In this document: positions 1 to 10,306 of the stretch, piece after piece
How the letters are laid out: each line of letters begins with the position of its first letter
How positions within the stretch are numbered: the stretch's first letter is position 1
Assembly: GCA_035547395.1 (NCBI GenBank)
Contig: DASZVA010000010.1
Coordinates: 8,178 to 72,177, forward strand
From: Candidatus Peribacteraceae bacterium
GTDB taxonomy: Bacteria; Patescibacteriota; Gracilibacteria; Peribacterales; Peribacteraceae
Direction: 5' to 3'
Length of the DNA: 64,000 bases
Program-made: the position numbers and the translations under genes
Notes under the pieces: generated by a model
Database searches by the model: none
What the model was told of the DNA's origin: nothing
Seen by the model: only the letters and a program-made list of their open reading frames with translations

Positions 1-1
1 C

Positions 2-1108
2 AACGATGGGAATATTGTCGTCGGAACGGGAAGCATTCTTGATGATGTGATTTCCCTCTCCGCCTCCGCTCCTGCTGCGGTGGGAGGTTCGCTCTCGGTC
101 ACCCTCAACGATCCCGATCAGAACCTCGACGGCACGGTAAGAGACACGGCAGTTGTCACCGTCACGGATCCCGACGGCGACAGCGAAAATCTCACGCTCA
201 CCGAAACATCCAACGACTCCGGCATCTTCACTGCTTCTCTCCCCGTTACCCACGGCACCATCACCCATAACGACGGCAATCTCGAGAATCTCGAACACCA
301 GAATTTCTTCACAACCGTCACGTACACCGATCCGCATGACAGTGCGGACACCGCCACCGTCCAGTCCGCATCCATCGCCGACACGCAATTGGGAGCATCC
401 GTCGGCGCGACGAGCGGAGGCGGCGGCGCCACCCGCGGCAGCACGACGACCGTGCAGCAGATCATCCAATCCGTCCAGCAGTCCTCCGCACACACCCAAT
501 CATCATCGCAACCTGCCACTCCGCAGCATCCCACGCTGCAGGTTTCTCTCACGGGCCAGACCCTCACCTTCCGGGATATTCCCGCAACCGCCTGGTTCGC
601 TTCTCCTATCTCGACTCTCATCCAAGCCGGCATCGCGCAGGGCTACACGGACAGCAAAGGCAATCTTCTCGGACTCTTCGGTCCCAGTGATCCCGTCACC
701 TTCGCGCAAGTCGCCAAGATGATTCTGCTCACTGCCAAGAAAGATATTTCTCCTGCACCATCCGGACAGCCATGGTTTGCCCCCTACATTGCGGAGGCGC
801 ATGCCCTCCATCTGTCCGCCTTCACCTCGTCTCTGGATGTGAATACCGCTGCACCCAGAGGCGCTGTCATCCAGTCGCTGCTCGAAGCGCTCCATGTTCC
901 GTTGAATCATGCCGCCTCGATCTACACGGACGTACCCGAGTCCTCTCCGTACAGTGATGCCATCACCACCGCGACGCAGCTCGGCATCATCGAAGGAGAC
1001 ACCGATGCAAACGGAAACCCCACCCACACCTTCCGTCCCTTGGATCCCATCAACAGAGCGGAGGTCGCCAAGATTCTCTCCTTTATACTGAGTCATCCGG
1101 TGAAGTAA
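2..1108 (+). CDS. S-layer homology (SLH) domain surface protein, 5'-truncated by window edge
   Basis: Frame is open from base 2. Ig-like Thr/Asp-rich region and low-complexity linker, then SLH motifs (FRDIPATAWF...GIAQGY; YTDVP...LGIIEG...FRPLDPINRAEVAKI). Confidence 0.85.
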   Translation, partial: NDGNIVVGTGSILDDVISLSASAPAAVGGSLSVTLNDPDQNLDGTVRDTAVVTVTDPDGDSENLTLTETSNDSGIFTASLPVTHGTITHNDGNLENLEHQNFFTTVTYTDPHDSADTATVQSASIADTQLGASVGATSGGGGATRGSTTTVQQIIQSVQQSSAHTQSSSQPATPQHPTLQVSLTGQTLTFRDIPATAWFASPISTLIQAGIAQGYTDSKGNLLGLFGPSDPVTFAQVAKMILLTAKKDISPAPSGQPWFAPYIAEAHALHLSAFTSSLDVNTAAPRGAVIQSLLEALHVPLNHAASIYTDVPESSPYSDAITTATQLGIIEGDTDANGNPTHTFRPLDPINRAEVAKILSFILSHPVK

Positions 1109-1224
1109 AGGTTGAGTATGTTTGGTAAGTTTTGTGAGTTTAGTATGTTTGGAGGTTTTTCATTGCAACGTACGAAACCTACAGAACCTACGGTACTTAC
1201 TAAACCCCAAATTTTTCTCTACAC

Positions 1225-1254
1225 GAAAATCCCCGCGCAGTCGCGGGGATTTTC
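1225..1254. terminator. Bidirectional intrinsic terminator
   Basis: GAAAATCCCCGCG-cagt-CGCGGGGATTTTC perfect stem between convergent genes. Confidence 0.8.
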
Positions 1255-1284
1255 TACCTACCCATTCTTGTCGATCGCGATGGA

Positions 1285-2004
1285 TTAGTAGATGGCGCCG
1301 AAGTGCTCCACCCAGTAATTGCCGGACCGGCCGATGCCGATTTCCTTATAGGTCTTGCTGAGGATCGCGGCCTTGTGCTCGGGAGAGTTCATCCAGTCAT
1401 GCATCACCTGTTCCGGAGACGTCTGACCGACGGCGATGTTCTCGCCGTAGTAGTAGTTGCGGCCGTCCGGCTGATAGTAGCCCGACGCGTGCATGCGGTC
1501 ATTGAGCGTCTGACCGTCCGGCGCGACGTGCGAGAAGAAATTTTCGGAATTCATCTTCTGTGCATACGCCTGTGCGGAATTTTGAAGAATGTTGTTGTAC
1601 GTATACGCAGGAAGACCCGCCTGGGCGCGTGCCTGGTTCACCAGTTGGAACACCTTTTGTCTGTCCTGATCGAGCGAGCTTGAGCCCGACGGCGCGGTCA
1701 CGATCTGCTGCGGCGCGCTCGAGACGGAGGATGAGGATGAGTGCGTCACCTGCTGCACGGGCGCCTGGAACGATGACGAAGGCGACGACGTGATCTCGCT
1801 TCCAAACAGCGACATGTTGACGTTCGGCGTCGCGAGCGTGCGGTTGAGCTGCGCGAAGAAGCTCTGCAGATTGAAGGATTCGAAACCTGGCATGTTCATC
1901 TGCACGGGCGACTGCGCTGCGGCGGATCCGACAGTGGCGCTGCCGAGGGCGATGCTTGCCAGCAATCCCGAGACGGTGATTCCGGTGAATCGTTTCCAAC
2001 TCAT
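1285..2004 (-). CDS. Secreted CAP/SCP-domain protein
   Basis: Signal peptide (MSWKRF...AAAQ), Ser-rich linker, CAP motifs LVNQAR, FFSH, GENIA, WMNSPEH, EIGIG. ATG at 2004 follows a pyrimidine-rich leader. Confidence 0.9.
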   Translation of the reverse strand: MSWKRFTGITVSGLLASIALGSATVGSAAAQSPVQMNMPGFESFNLQSFFAQLNRTLATPNVNMSLFGSEITSSPSSSFQAPVQQVTHSSSSSVSSAPQQIVTAPSGSSSLDQDRQKVFQLVNQARAQAGLPAYTYNNILQNSAQAYAQKMNSENFFSHVAPDGQTLNDRMHASGYYQPDGRNYYYGENIAVGQTSPEQVMHDWMNSPEHKAAILSKTYKEIGIGRSGNYWVEHFGAIY

Positions 2005-2479
2005 AGAGTGCGGGGGAAAAAATAGGAGGGAATGATGGGGTGGGAAACGCGGTCGACGCGCGGTCCCCGGCGTGAACGTCGTGGCCACGACGCGACACGG
2101 AGGCGACCCTGATACGAGCACGTCAAATGCCGGTCAATGCAAATGCAAGACTTTTTTTAAAAAGTGATATACCTCACGCATTCAGTGACAGAATGACAAG
2201 AATGTGGTTGTTCACTTTTCTCATGTGTTCGTCGCTGAGAGACGCGACGTCCAGAAGATGAGAAAAAGTAAAATTGTTCCGGGTGGCGGAAGTGTGGTGG
2301 AGCAGGTGTTGCGTTATTAATTACTGGTTTTTAGTTATTGGTTGGATAACAAAAAATAGGCTCAAACCAATAACCAGTAACAAATAACCAATAACTCCAC
2401 CAAAATTCCCCTTTACCTTCCGCTTTTCCCTCAGTAGGATAGCGGCCCGACCTTCGTACAAAGGTTTCGATTCGTTTAT

Positions 2480-2929
2480 ATGTTGCATTCTCTTCGTCCC
2501 GCATCGGGTTCCCGCAAGTCCAAGAAGCGCGTCGCGCGCGGTAATTCCGCAGGCGGCGGCACGACCGCCGGCCGCGGTACCAAGGGCCAGCAGGCGCGCA
2601 CCGGCAAAGGACGCAGATTCGGATTCGAAGGAGGACAGGTGCCGCTCATCCGCCGCCAGCCAAAGCTCGGCGGGTTCACCAGTCCGCGCCGCAAGGAATA
2701 TGAAGTGCTGACGCTGTCGAGTCTGGAAAAGAAATTGGACGCCGGCAGCTATACGCTCTCTGACCTCGTGTCGAAGCGCATTGTGCGCAAGGGCAAGCTG
2801 GTGAAGGTGCTCGCAACCGGCAAGGTCAGCAAGAAATATGAGATCCAGGCGCATGCCGCATCGAAGGCGGCAAAAAAAGCAATTCAAGATGCAGGAGGTT
2901 CAATTATGATTGTGAAGTCCGAATCTTGA
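2480..2929 (+). CDS. rplO: 50S ribosomal protein L15
   Basis: RG..G.T.GRG.KGQ.AR and FEGGQ.PL.RR.PK motifs; directly upstream of secY. Confidence 0.97.
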   Translation: MLHSLRPASGSRKSKKRVARGNSAGGGTTAGRGTKGQQARTGKGRRFGFEGGQVPLIRRQPKLGGFTSPRRKEYEVLTLSSLEKKLDAGSYTLSDLVSKRIVRKGKLVKVLATGKVSKKYEIQAHAASKAAKKAIQDAGGSIMIVKSES

Positions 2930-2983
2930 ATTTAGAATTCCGGTATCGAAATTCATGATTCAATATTCGAGATTCCACCCCTC

Positions 2984-4264
2984 ATGTTCACGTATCTCCA
3001 TCAGCTCTGGCACACCAAGGAACTCCGCAAAAGGATTCTGATCACGCTCGGTATCCTGCTTGTCTATCGCATCCTCGCAAATACGCCGGTGCCGGGTACG
3101 GACCCGGTTGCGCTTTCGCAATTCCTGGGAAGCCAGGGCGCGGGCGGACTGCTCGGCGTCTTCGCCTCGCTCACCGGTGGTGCCGTGAACAATTTCTCGG
3201 TGGCGATGCTGGGTCTGTCTCCGTACATCAACGCATCCATCATCATTCAGCTCTGTTCCGTCATCTTCCCGAAACTCGAAGCACTCAGCAAAGAAGGACA
3301 GCAGGGACAACAGGTACTCAACCGCTACACGCGCTGGCTCAGCTTCCCGCTCTGTTTCATTCAGAGCTACGGATTTTTGGTGCTCATCGGCCGCGGCGGC
3401 GCAAATCTGATCGATCTCAGCTTCCCGTCGGTGCTCATGCCGATGCTGTTTGTCACGGCCGGCTCCATCTTCCTGATGTGGCTCGGTGAAATCATTTCAG
3501 AGAAGGGAATCGGCAACGGCATCTCGATGATCATCTTTACCGGTATCGTCGCAAACATCCCGTCGCGCATCAGCGCCATGTATCTGGGAGGCACCGGCGG
3601 CAACAGCGGACCGCTCGTCATTTTTGCGATTCTTGCCGTCGCGATGCTCATCGCCGTCGTGCTCTTCACCGATGCGCACCGCCTGATCCCGATTACGTAC
3701 GCCAACCAGGGCGCAGGCCGCGGAGTTGCCGGCGGACTCCCGATTCGTCTGAATCAGGCGGGAATGATCCCGATTCTGTTTGCCATCTCGCTCATCACGC
3801 TGCCCGCGATTCTCGCGCAGTTCCTGCAGACCGCTCCGCGCTTCCAGGGATTCGTGAGCGCGATCCAGACGTACTTCAACGCCCAGAATCCGAGCTACGG
3901 ATACGTCGTCGCGTATTTCCTCCTCGTTCTCGTGTTCACGTTCTTCTACGTGTCTGTCACCTTCAAGCCCAAAGATCTCGCCGAGCAGATCCAGAAGCGC
4001 GGCGGATTTATTCCCGGTATGCGGCCCGGCAAACAGACGGCCGATATGCTCGCAAAGACGTCGAATCGCTTGAACCTGTGGGGCGGAGTCTTCCTCGGCA
4101 TCGTCGCGATCGTGCCGATTCTCTTTACCAAGTACACGTCGCTCGGAAGCCAGAACCTGATCGTCTCGGGTTCGGGACTCATCATCATGGTCGGCGTCGT
4201 GATGGAGCTCATCCGCCAGGTGAACGCGCAGATGCTCGCGCACGATTACGACAAACTGGTGTAA
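2984..4264 (+). CDS. secY: Preprotein translocase subunit SecY
   Basis: About 10 TM segments; PYINASII, GIGNGIS and IPGMRPG motifs. Confidence 0.98.
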   Translation: MFTYLHQLWHTKELRKRILITLGILLVYRILANTPVPGTDPVALSQFLGSQGAGGLLGVFASLTGGAVNNFSVAMLGLSPYINASIIIQLCSVIFPKLEALSKEGQQGQQVLNRYTRWLSFPLCFIQSYGFLVLIGRGGANLIDLSFPSVLMPMLFVTAGSIFLMWLGEIISEKGIGNGISMIIFTGIVANIPSRISAMYLGGTGGNSGPLVIFAILAVAMLIAVVLFTDAHRLIPITYANQGAGRGVAGGLPIRLNQAGMIPILFAISLITLPAILAQFLQTAPRFQGFVSAIQTYFNAQNPSYGYVVAYFLLVLVFTFFYVSVTFKPKDLAEQIQKRGGFIPGMRPGKQTADMLAKTSNRLNLWGGVFLGIVAIVPILFTKYTSLGSQNLIVSGSGLIIMVGVVMELIRQVNAQMLAHDYDKLV

Positions 4265-4280
4265 TTCTATGTTGGGTAGC

Positions 4281-4306
4281 GCACCCATTCTTGGGTGCAT
4301 TTTTTT
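4281..4306 (+). terminator. Intrinsic terminator after secY
   Basis: GCACCCA-ttct-TGGGTGC followed by a T-tract. Confidence 0.75.
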
Positions 4307-4375
4307 GATAGTGCGGCCAAGAGTGGCCGCTCTGGATTCTATCGTTTTCATGCGCTATTCTCTGCGCCCCTTCCC

Positions 4376-4951
4376 ATGAATTTTCTCATGGACCTCGTTC
4401 TCTTTGGTATTCAAGGATCGGGCAAAGGAACGCAAGCGAAGAAACTCGCGGAAGAATTCAACTATTCGATTTTCGAGACGGGAGCGGAACTGCGTAAGAT
4501 CGCCGCATCCGGCACGGAGCTCGGCAACATCATCAAGTCCTACATCGACGCCGGCAATCTCGCGCCGCTCGACATCGTCATGGAAGTCGTGAAGCAGGCG
4601 ATCCTCGCGAAACCCGCGGATCAGAAATTGCTCTTCGACGGCATTCCGCGCGATCTGGAACAGATGAAGAGTTTCAACACCATCATGCGGGAAGTCGGAC
4701 GTGATTTCCGCTGCGTGCAGTTAACCCTCGATGACGACACTGCATTCAAGCGCATTCAGGGCCGTGCGTTGCAGGAGGGAAGAGCGGATGACGCGAATGA
4801 AGAAGCGATCCGCCGCCGCATGAATATTTTCAAGGAGCGCACGCTTCCCGTCATCGAATCCTATCGCACGGACGGAAATATGACGGATATCGACGGCGGA
4901 CGATCGATCGATGAGGTATACGAAGATCTCAAATCCGTTGTAGCAGCATAA
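4376..4951 (+). CDS. adk: Adenylate kinase (short, LID-less type)
   Basis: P-loop GIQGSGKGTQA, DGIPR, GRADD; secY-adk-map synteny. Start is 4376 or 4388. Confidence 0.93.
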   Translation: MNFLMDLVLFGIQGSGKGTQAKKLAEEFNYSIFETGAELRKIAASGTELGNIIKSYIDAGNLAPLDIVMEVVKQAILAKPADQKLLFDGIPRDLEQMKSFNTIMREVGRDFRCVQLTLDDDTAFKRIQGRALQEGRADDANEEAIRRRMNIFKERTLPVIESYRTDGNMTDIDGGRSIDEVYEDLKSVVAA

Positions 4952-5063
4952 GGACTGGCGTTCGCGAACAAAAAGGATAGCCTTTATATCCAGTCTTCGG
5001 ATTGGATTCGGTATTTGCACAGCAACGGTTCATGGTAACAATACTCGGTCAAAAAGGAGGGTG

Positions 5064-5657
5064 ATGATGGTAGAAACAATGGAAATCTTGCCGGATGACA
5101 TAACGGAATATCTGCCGCAGTCGGGAGAAATGAGGTATTCCTTCGTTCTCAAGAGAAAGGAAAGCGGGCATGTGAGGCATGTGCGATCGGACGGTTTCTT
5201 CAAAAGTTCCGAATTCAGCATGCACGTCTATGCATGGGCGGCATCGCCCAGTGGGAATGTGATTGCCATCGCTTTGCAAAACGGCATCGTTCATGTTGTG
5301 TACCGTATGGCTCCAGATGCAGAACTGAACAGCCATTGGGACACTTTATGCACAGGACTTTATTTCCCGGCAGGAGTGTTCATCAATGATAAAGCGACGA
5401 TTATCGGGGTCTGGTCTGATTGCAACCTGCATATTTGGGCAAAAGGATATGACAATCTCTGGTACAAAGAGCGGGTGAATGGCAGCCGTCTCTATGGCAG
5501 TGATACGGTTATGAGCGACGGATATTACTATTTTGAACACAAAGAACATGGCGAAATTGCCGTCATGGATAGCACCGGCAAGGAGCGCTATCGATGGAAA
5601 CGCCATCGCTCTTTCTTTCGTTTCTACTGGAATCGCATGGAGGTGACTGATCACTGA
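5064..5657 (+). CDS. Hypothetical beta-rich protein inserted between adk and map
   Basis: About 197-aa ORF with AGGAGG SD upstream, lower GC than its neighbours, followed by a terminator. Confidence 0.65.
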   Translation: MMVETMEILPDDITEYLPQSGEMRYSFVLKRKESGHVRHVRSDGFFKSSEFSMHVYAWAASPSGNVIAIALQNGIVHVVYRMAPDAELNSHWDTLCTGLYFPAGVFINDKATIIGVWSDCNLHIWAKGYDNLWYKERVNGSRLYGSDTVMSDGYYYFEHKEHGEIAVMDSTGKERYRWKRHRSFFRFYWNRMEVTDH

Positions 5658-5690
5658 TTTACATAAAAAGAACTGTGTGCAAAAACTACA

Positions 5691-5720
5691 TTCCGGCCGG
5701 GTTTCCGGCCGGGATTTTTT
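5691..5720 (+). terminator. Intrinsic terminator
   Basis: TTCCGGCCGG-gttt-CCGGCCGGGA followed by T6. Confidence 0.75.
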
Positions 5721-5746
5721 ATAGTCGATCCTGTATAGTTTTCATC

Positions 5747-6493
5747 ATGTCCAATTTCCAAATTTTCAACGACGCTGAAATCGCTTCGTTCCGCACAGGC
5801 GGAATGATTCTTCGTCAGTGTCTGGAGATGCTGCGGCCGCAGGTGAAAGAGGGAATCCGCATGATCGACCTCGATCGACTCGCCGAGGAATTCATCCGCG
5901 ATCACGGGGGGCTTCCCGCCTTCAAAGGCTATCACGATTTTCCGGCGACACTCTGCACGTCGGTCAATGAAGAGTGCGTTCACGGCATTCCGGGCGAACG
6001 CGTGCTCAAGAACGGCGATATTGTCTCACTCGACTGCGGCGTGATTTACGACGATCTCTACACCGACGCCTGCATCTCGGTCGGCGTCGGCCATATCAGC
6101 CGCGAGGCACAGAATCTTCTCAGTGTCACAGCCGATGCACTCGATCAGGCGGTGCAGGTTCTCAAGCCCGGCGTGCGCGTGGGCGATCTCTCTTCCGCGA
6201 TCCAGAAAGTCGTCGAACGCGCGGGTTACGTGCCGGTCCGCTCACTGACCGGTCACGGGCTCGGCCACACGCTGCATCAATTCCCCGACATTCCGAACTT
6301 CGGTCGGGCGGGGACCGGTCCGGTTTTTCCGGTTCATACGGTCGTTGCGGTCGAACCGATCGTCAGTATTTCGGCGCGGGATGTGCGCGGCATGAATGAC
6401 GGATGGACGCTCGTGACCGAAGACGGCTCTCTGTCGGCTCATTTCGAACATACGCTGCTCACGACGGAGAACGGCTGCGAAATCATTGCCTGA
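5747..6493 (+). CDS. map: Methionine aminopeptidase type I
   Basis: CTSVNE..VHGIP, D.G...D, GHGLG..H, EP and SAHFEHT metal-ligand motifs. Confidence 0.97.
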   Translation: MSNFQIFNDAEIASFRTGGMILRQCLEMLRPQVKEGIRMIDLDRLAEEFIRDHGGLPAFKGYHDFPATLCTSVNEECVHGIPGERVLKNGDIVSLDCGVIYDDLYTDACISVGVGHISREAQNLLSVTADALDQAVQVLKPGVRVGDLSSAIQKVVERAGYVPVRSLTGHGLGHTLHQFPDIPNFGRAGTGPVFPVHTVVAVEPIVSISARDVRGMNDGWTLVTEDGSLSAHFEHTLLTTENGCEIIA

Positions 6494-6639
6494 GCGGTAT
6501 TGTATATATAAAACATTTTATAAATATTGCAATACAAATTACCTAATCTTGCCAAAAATCCAGTTTCTGAGCTTGATAACGAGGAGTTCGGTCTGTAGGA
6601 TTTCTCGGCCTTTTTGGTTCATTTCTTTTGCTTGTATCT

Positions 6640-6942
6640 GTGTCTAAGGACGTTATCGAACTCGTCGGAATAGTGGAAGAAACCTTTCCGAATGCCACCT
6701 TCCGCGTTAAGATTTTGAGTCCGCAAGCGAAAGACCACGAACTACTTTGCCATTTGGCAGGACGTATGCGAGTGAATCGCGTGCACATCCTTCCCGGTGA
6801 CAGGGTGCGAGTGGAAATGACGCCGTACGATTTGCAAAAAGGTCGTATCACGTACCGCTTCCGATCCGACCAGGTGATCGAAGGCATCACTTCCGCTCCT
6901 GCCAATCCCCCCACTACTCCTCCTTCAGAACAGTCATCATGA
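6640..6942 (+). CDS. infA: Translation initiation factor IF-1 (Pro-rich C-terminal extension)
   Basis: KDVIE..G...E..PNA.FRV...[20 protein letters not shown]; GTG start. Confidence 0.95.
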   Translation: MSKDVIELVGIVEETFPNATFRVKILSPQAKDHELLCHLAGRMRVNRVHILPGDRVRVEMTPYDLQKGRITYRFRSDQVIEGITSAPANPPTTPPSEQSS

Positions 6943-7070
6943 AAGTCCGCGCCTCCGTCAAAAAGATCTGTAAAGACTGCTTCGTCTACCTGCGCCGCAA
7001 CGGCCAGGGCAAGCGCGTCGTCCGCGTGGGCTGCAAAGTGAACCCCAAGCACAAGCAGCGCCAAGGATAA
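6939..7070 (+). CDS. rpmJ: 50S ribosomal protein L36 (43 aa, not in ORF track)
   Basis: Manual translation [43 protein letters not shown]; ATGA overlap with infA. Confidence 0.95.
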   Translation: MKVRASVKKICKDCFVYLRRNGQGKRVVRVGCKVNPKHKQRQG

Positions 7071-7164
7071 TCGAGCGGTGAGCCATAAGCGGTGAGCGAT
7101 TAGCACCGCACTTCATTTCTTCCAATCATTCTCTTCGTCTCCTAGCCCTAACCCTAACCCTACC

Positions 7165-7545
7165 ATGGTCCGTCTCTCCGGTGTCGTTCTCCCAGGCAAC
7201 AAGCGCATGGAAATCGCGCTCACGGCCATCAAAGGAATCGGCCGTCCCATGTCCCGCCGCATTCTCGATGAGCTCAAGATCGATCCTGATCTGAAAGCCG
7301 AGAAGCTGAATGAAGAACAGGAGGCCAGGCTACGCGGCCGTATCGAGAAGGAAGTCACCGAAGGCGAACTCGTCCGCAAAGTGTCTCTCGATGTGAAGCG
7401 CCTGCAGGATATCGGCACGTGGAGAGGCATGCGTCACAGAAAGAAGCTGCCCGTCCGCGGCCAGACGTCGCGCAGAAACGCCCGAACCAAGCGCGGTAAG
7501 AAGAAGACGGGTCTGTCCGGCCGCACGACGCTGACCAAGACCTAA
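7165..7545 (+). CDS. rpsM: 30S ribosomal protein S13
   Basis: ALT.I.GIG and RG.RH...LPVRGQ...NART motifs. Confidence 0.97.
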   Translation: MVRLSGVVLPGNKRMEIALTAIKGIGRPMSRRILDELKIDPDLKAEKLNEEQEARLRGRIEKEVTEGELVRKVSLDVKRLQDIGTWRGMRHRKKLPVRGQTSRRNARTKRGKKKTGLSGRTTLTKT

Positions 7546-7588
7546 ACCATTTTCCTTTTGCAATTTTTCATTTTCAATTTTCCTCACT

Positions 7589-7981
7589 ATGTCTCCCGCA
7601 GCCACCAAAGTCCGCAAGAAGAAGGTCAAGCGCACCGTCAAGAATGCACGCGTGTGCATTCACGCCGGCGAGAACAACACGATCGTGACGATCACGGACC
7701 TCGACGGAAACGTGCTGTCGTGGGCGAGCTCGGGTTCCTCCGGATTCGAAGGAACGCGCAAGTCGACGCCGTACTCCGCAAAAGTCGCGGCCGAGAACGC
7801 GGTTGCCAAAGCGGCCAGCTTCGGCATCGAGTCGGTGACGGTGGAGGTGAAGGGTCTCGGACCCGGACGCGAACAGTCGATCCGCGGACTGCAGGGTGCA
7901 GGTCTCAACCTCGACGCGATCGTCGACGTGACGCCGATTCCGCACGGCGGATGCCGACCGGCCCGCAAGCGCCGCGTCTAA
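7589..7981 (+). CDS. rpsK: 30S ribosomal protein S11
   Basis: [15 protein letters not shown] and [10 protein letters not shown] motifs. Confidence 0.98.
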   Translation: MSPAATKVRKKKVKRTVKNARVCIHAGENNTIVTITDLDGNVLSWASSGSSGFEGTRKSTPYSAKVAAENAVAKAASFGIESVTVEVKGLGPGREQSIRGLQGAGLNLDAIVDVTPIPHGGCRPARKRRV

Positions 7982-8057
7982 GAGCGATCAGCTGCCAGCG
8001 TGCAGCGATCAGTCTTTCTTCCACTAGTCACTCATCACTTATCACTTACCACTCCTC

Positions 8058-8675
8058 ATGAAGTACAACGGACCCAAAGCACGGCGCGTACGCAGACTCG
8101 GCATCAATCTCTACGGTTCCGACAAGTACGATAAAATTCTGCAGAAAAAGCCGTACGGTCCGGGCAAGGGTCCCAAGACCCGCGCCGGCCGCGATTCCGA
8201 ATACGCGAAGCAGCTGAAGGAAAAACAGAAGGCGCGCGGCATCTACGGTATCAGCGAAAAGCAGTTCCTGCGTCTGTTCAGCGAGGCGAACAAGTCCAAA
8301 GGCCGCACGGGCGATCAGATGAAGCAGCTCCTCGAGCAGCGTCTGGACAACCTCATCTATCGCGCGGGCTTCGCCATGACGCGTCTGCAATCCCGCCAGT
8401 TCGCCGGCCACGGACTTTTCCTGGTCGACGGCCACCGCGTGACGTCCCCCTCGTACCGCGTGATGCCCGGACAGGTCGTATCGGTTCGCCCGAAAGCGAA
8501 AGATTCTCCGGTCTTTGCGGCGATCCGCGAGCGCCATGAGAAGTACACGGCGCCCAAGTGGCTCAAGGTCGATGCCTCCGCCCTTCAGGCCGAGGTCGTC
8601 TCCGTTCCCGAGGCAGCCGACGCCGAGCAGGCGATCGACATGCGCCTCGTGGTCGAATTCTACTCACGCACGTAA
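8058..8675 (+). CDS. rpsD: 30S ribosomal protein S4
   Basis: SEY..QL.EKQK, LLE.RLDN..YR.GFA, VVEFYSR. Confidence 0.97.
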   Translation: MKYNGPKARRVRRLGINLYGSDKYDKILQKKPYGPGKGPKTRAGRDSEYAKQLKEKQKARGIYGISEKQFLRLFSEANKSKGRTGDQMKQLLEQRLDNLIYRAGFAMTRLQSRQFAGHGLFLVDGHRVTSPSYRVMPGQVVSVRPKAKDSPVFAAIRERHEKYTAPKWLKVDASALQAEVVSVPEAADAEQAIDMRLVVEFYSRT

Positions 8676-8721
8676 TTGTTTCCCCCGGGAAACCCCCTCT
8701 TTTTTCTCTTCCTTCCCTCCT

Positions 8722-9720
8722 ATGCACATTATTCAGGAAGAAATCGGATTGCCAGTCTTCGGGTCCAGCAAGGGCTCCACGGGCGACGATTCGCACAAAG
8801 TCTTCACCATTTCGCCGCTTCCTCCTGGATACGCGATGACACTCGGAAACGCGCTTCGCCGCGTGCTTCTGTCGAGTCTGCCCGGTGCGGCGGTGTCCTC
8901 CATCCGCATCAGCGGCGTCCAGCATGAGTACACGACGGTGAAAGGCGTGACGGAATCGGTGGTCGACATCATGCTCAACCTCAAGCAGCTCAAACTGCGC
9001 AAGCACAGCAAGGATCCCGAGACGATCACGCTCGAGGCCAAGGGCCCCCGGGAGATTACGGCCAAGGATCTCAAGGTGACGTCCGACATCGAAGTGCTCA
9101 ACCCCGATCTGCACATCCTGACGCTTGAAAAAGGAGGTTCCATCGACATGCAGATTACGGTGGAGAAGGGAGTCGGTTTCGAGCCGGCCGCAGAACGCAA
9201 CAAGAAGCACCATGAACCGGGTCTCATCTACATCGACGCCGTCTACTCTCCGGTGGAAAAGGTCCGCTTTGATGTCGAAGCCGCCCGCGTCGGTCAGCGC
9301 ACGAACCTCGAGAAACTCGTCATGGAAGTCATGACGAACGGCTCGCTGACAGCCGAAGAGGCGATGCAGTTTGCATCCCAGATGCTCCAGAGTTACTTCA
9401 AGTACTTCGGCTCCGATCAGAAGACAGTCGAGCCCGAGTTCATGGCCGATTTCTCCCGCGCGTCCACGGCACAGGTCGAGGAAGTCGGCACGGCCGCGAT
9501 GCCGGTGAAAGAGAGCTACACGCCGATCGAAATTCTCAACCTTTCGCCGCGCACGCTTAATGCGCTCATCAATGCCGGCGTCGGTTCCATCGAACAGCTC
9601 ACCAAGTGCACGGAATCGATCCTCTCTAACTTCCGCGGATTCGGCGCCAAGGCGCTCGACGAGGTCAAAGACACGCTTGCCACCCGCGGCCTCGCGCTGG
9701 CGAATGAATCCGAAGAATAA
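8722..9720 (+). CDS. rpoA: RNA polymerase subunit alpha
   Basis: TLGNALRRVLLSS, DA.YSPV.KV, ARVGQRT and alpha-CTD (LSPRT.NAL). Confidence 0.98.
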   Translation: MHIIQEEIGLPVFGSSKGSTGDDSHKVFTISPLPPGYAMTLGNALRRVLLSSLPGAAVSSIRISGVQHEYTTVKGVTESVVDIMLNLKQLKLRKHSKDPETITLEAKGPREITAKDLKVTSDIEVLNPDLHILTLEKGGSIDMQITVEKGVGFEPAAERNKKHHEPGLIYIDAVYSPVEKVRFDVEAARVGQRTNLEKLVMEVMTNGSLTAEEAMQFASQMLQSYFKYFGSDQKTVEPEFMADFSRASTAQVEEVGTAAMPVKESYTPIEILNLSPRTLNALINAGVGSIEQLTKCTESILSNFRGFGAKALDEVKDTLATRGLALANESEE

Positions 9721-9844
9721 GGATTCAGAAGATCCAGACGACTCAGGGATCCAGACGAGCGAAAAGAATTGACACTGAAGCCCAAAAACCTGAGAATGCC
9801 CGCCCCGACTCTACTCACTACGAACTACTCACTACTTACTCGCA

Positions 9845-10306
9845 ATGCGCCATCGCAAGTCCCGCCTCCGGCTCACGCAGAAACCCGACCACGCCCGGCT
9901 TCTGCAGCGCAATCTCGTGACGTCGCTTCTGCTCTACGAAGCGATCCGCACGACGCGCCAGCGCGCCAAGGTGGTGCAGCCGATCGTCGACCGCCTGATC
10001 ACGACCGCCAAGAAGCAAACGCCGCACGTTGCGATCCGCAGTCTGAATGCGGTGCTGCTCGACAAGAATGCGAGCCGCAAGGTGATGGAGGTGCTCACGG
10101 ACCGTTACAAGAACCGCGTGTCGGGATTTACGACCATCAAAGCCGTCGGCGCCCGCAAGGGTGACGGAGCGCAGCTCGTCGATCTCTCGCTCATTGATGC
10201 GGTCACGACATCATCGGCAGCTCCGGCAGAAAAGCCGAAGGCAGCCGCCAAGCCCAAGAAAACAACCGCGAAGAAATCTGCATCCTCCGACTCCTCCGAG
10301 AAATGA
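9845..10306 (+). CDS. rplQ: 50S ribosomal protein L17
   Basis: MRHRK...RNL..SL..YE.I.TT..RAK, R.GD.A; Lys/Ala-rich tail. Confidence 0.96.
   Translation: MRHRKSRLRLTQKPDHARLLQRNLVTSLLLYEAIRTTRQRAKVVQPIVDRLITTAKKQTPHVAIRSLNAVLLDKNASRKVMEVLTDRYKNRVSGFTTIKAVGARKGDGAQLVDLSLIDAVTTSSAAPAEKPKAAAKPKKTTAKKSASSDSSEK

Noticed and set aside
7141-7164. Telomere-like CCCTAA repeats before rpsM
   Set aside because: Only about 3 imperfect units, and they fit the general short-repeat, pyrimidine-rich spacer pattern.
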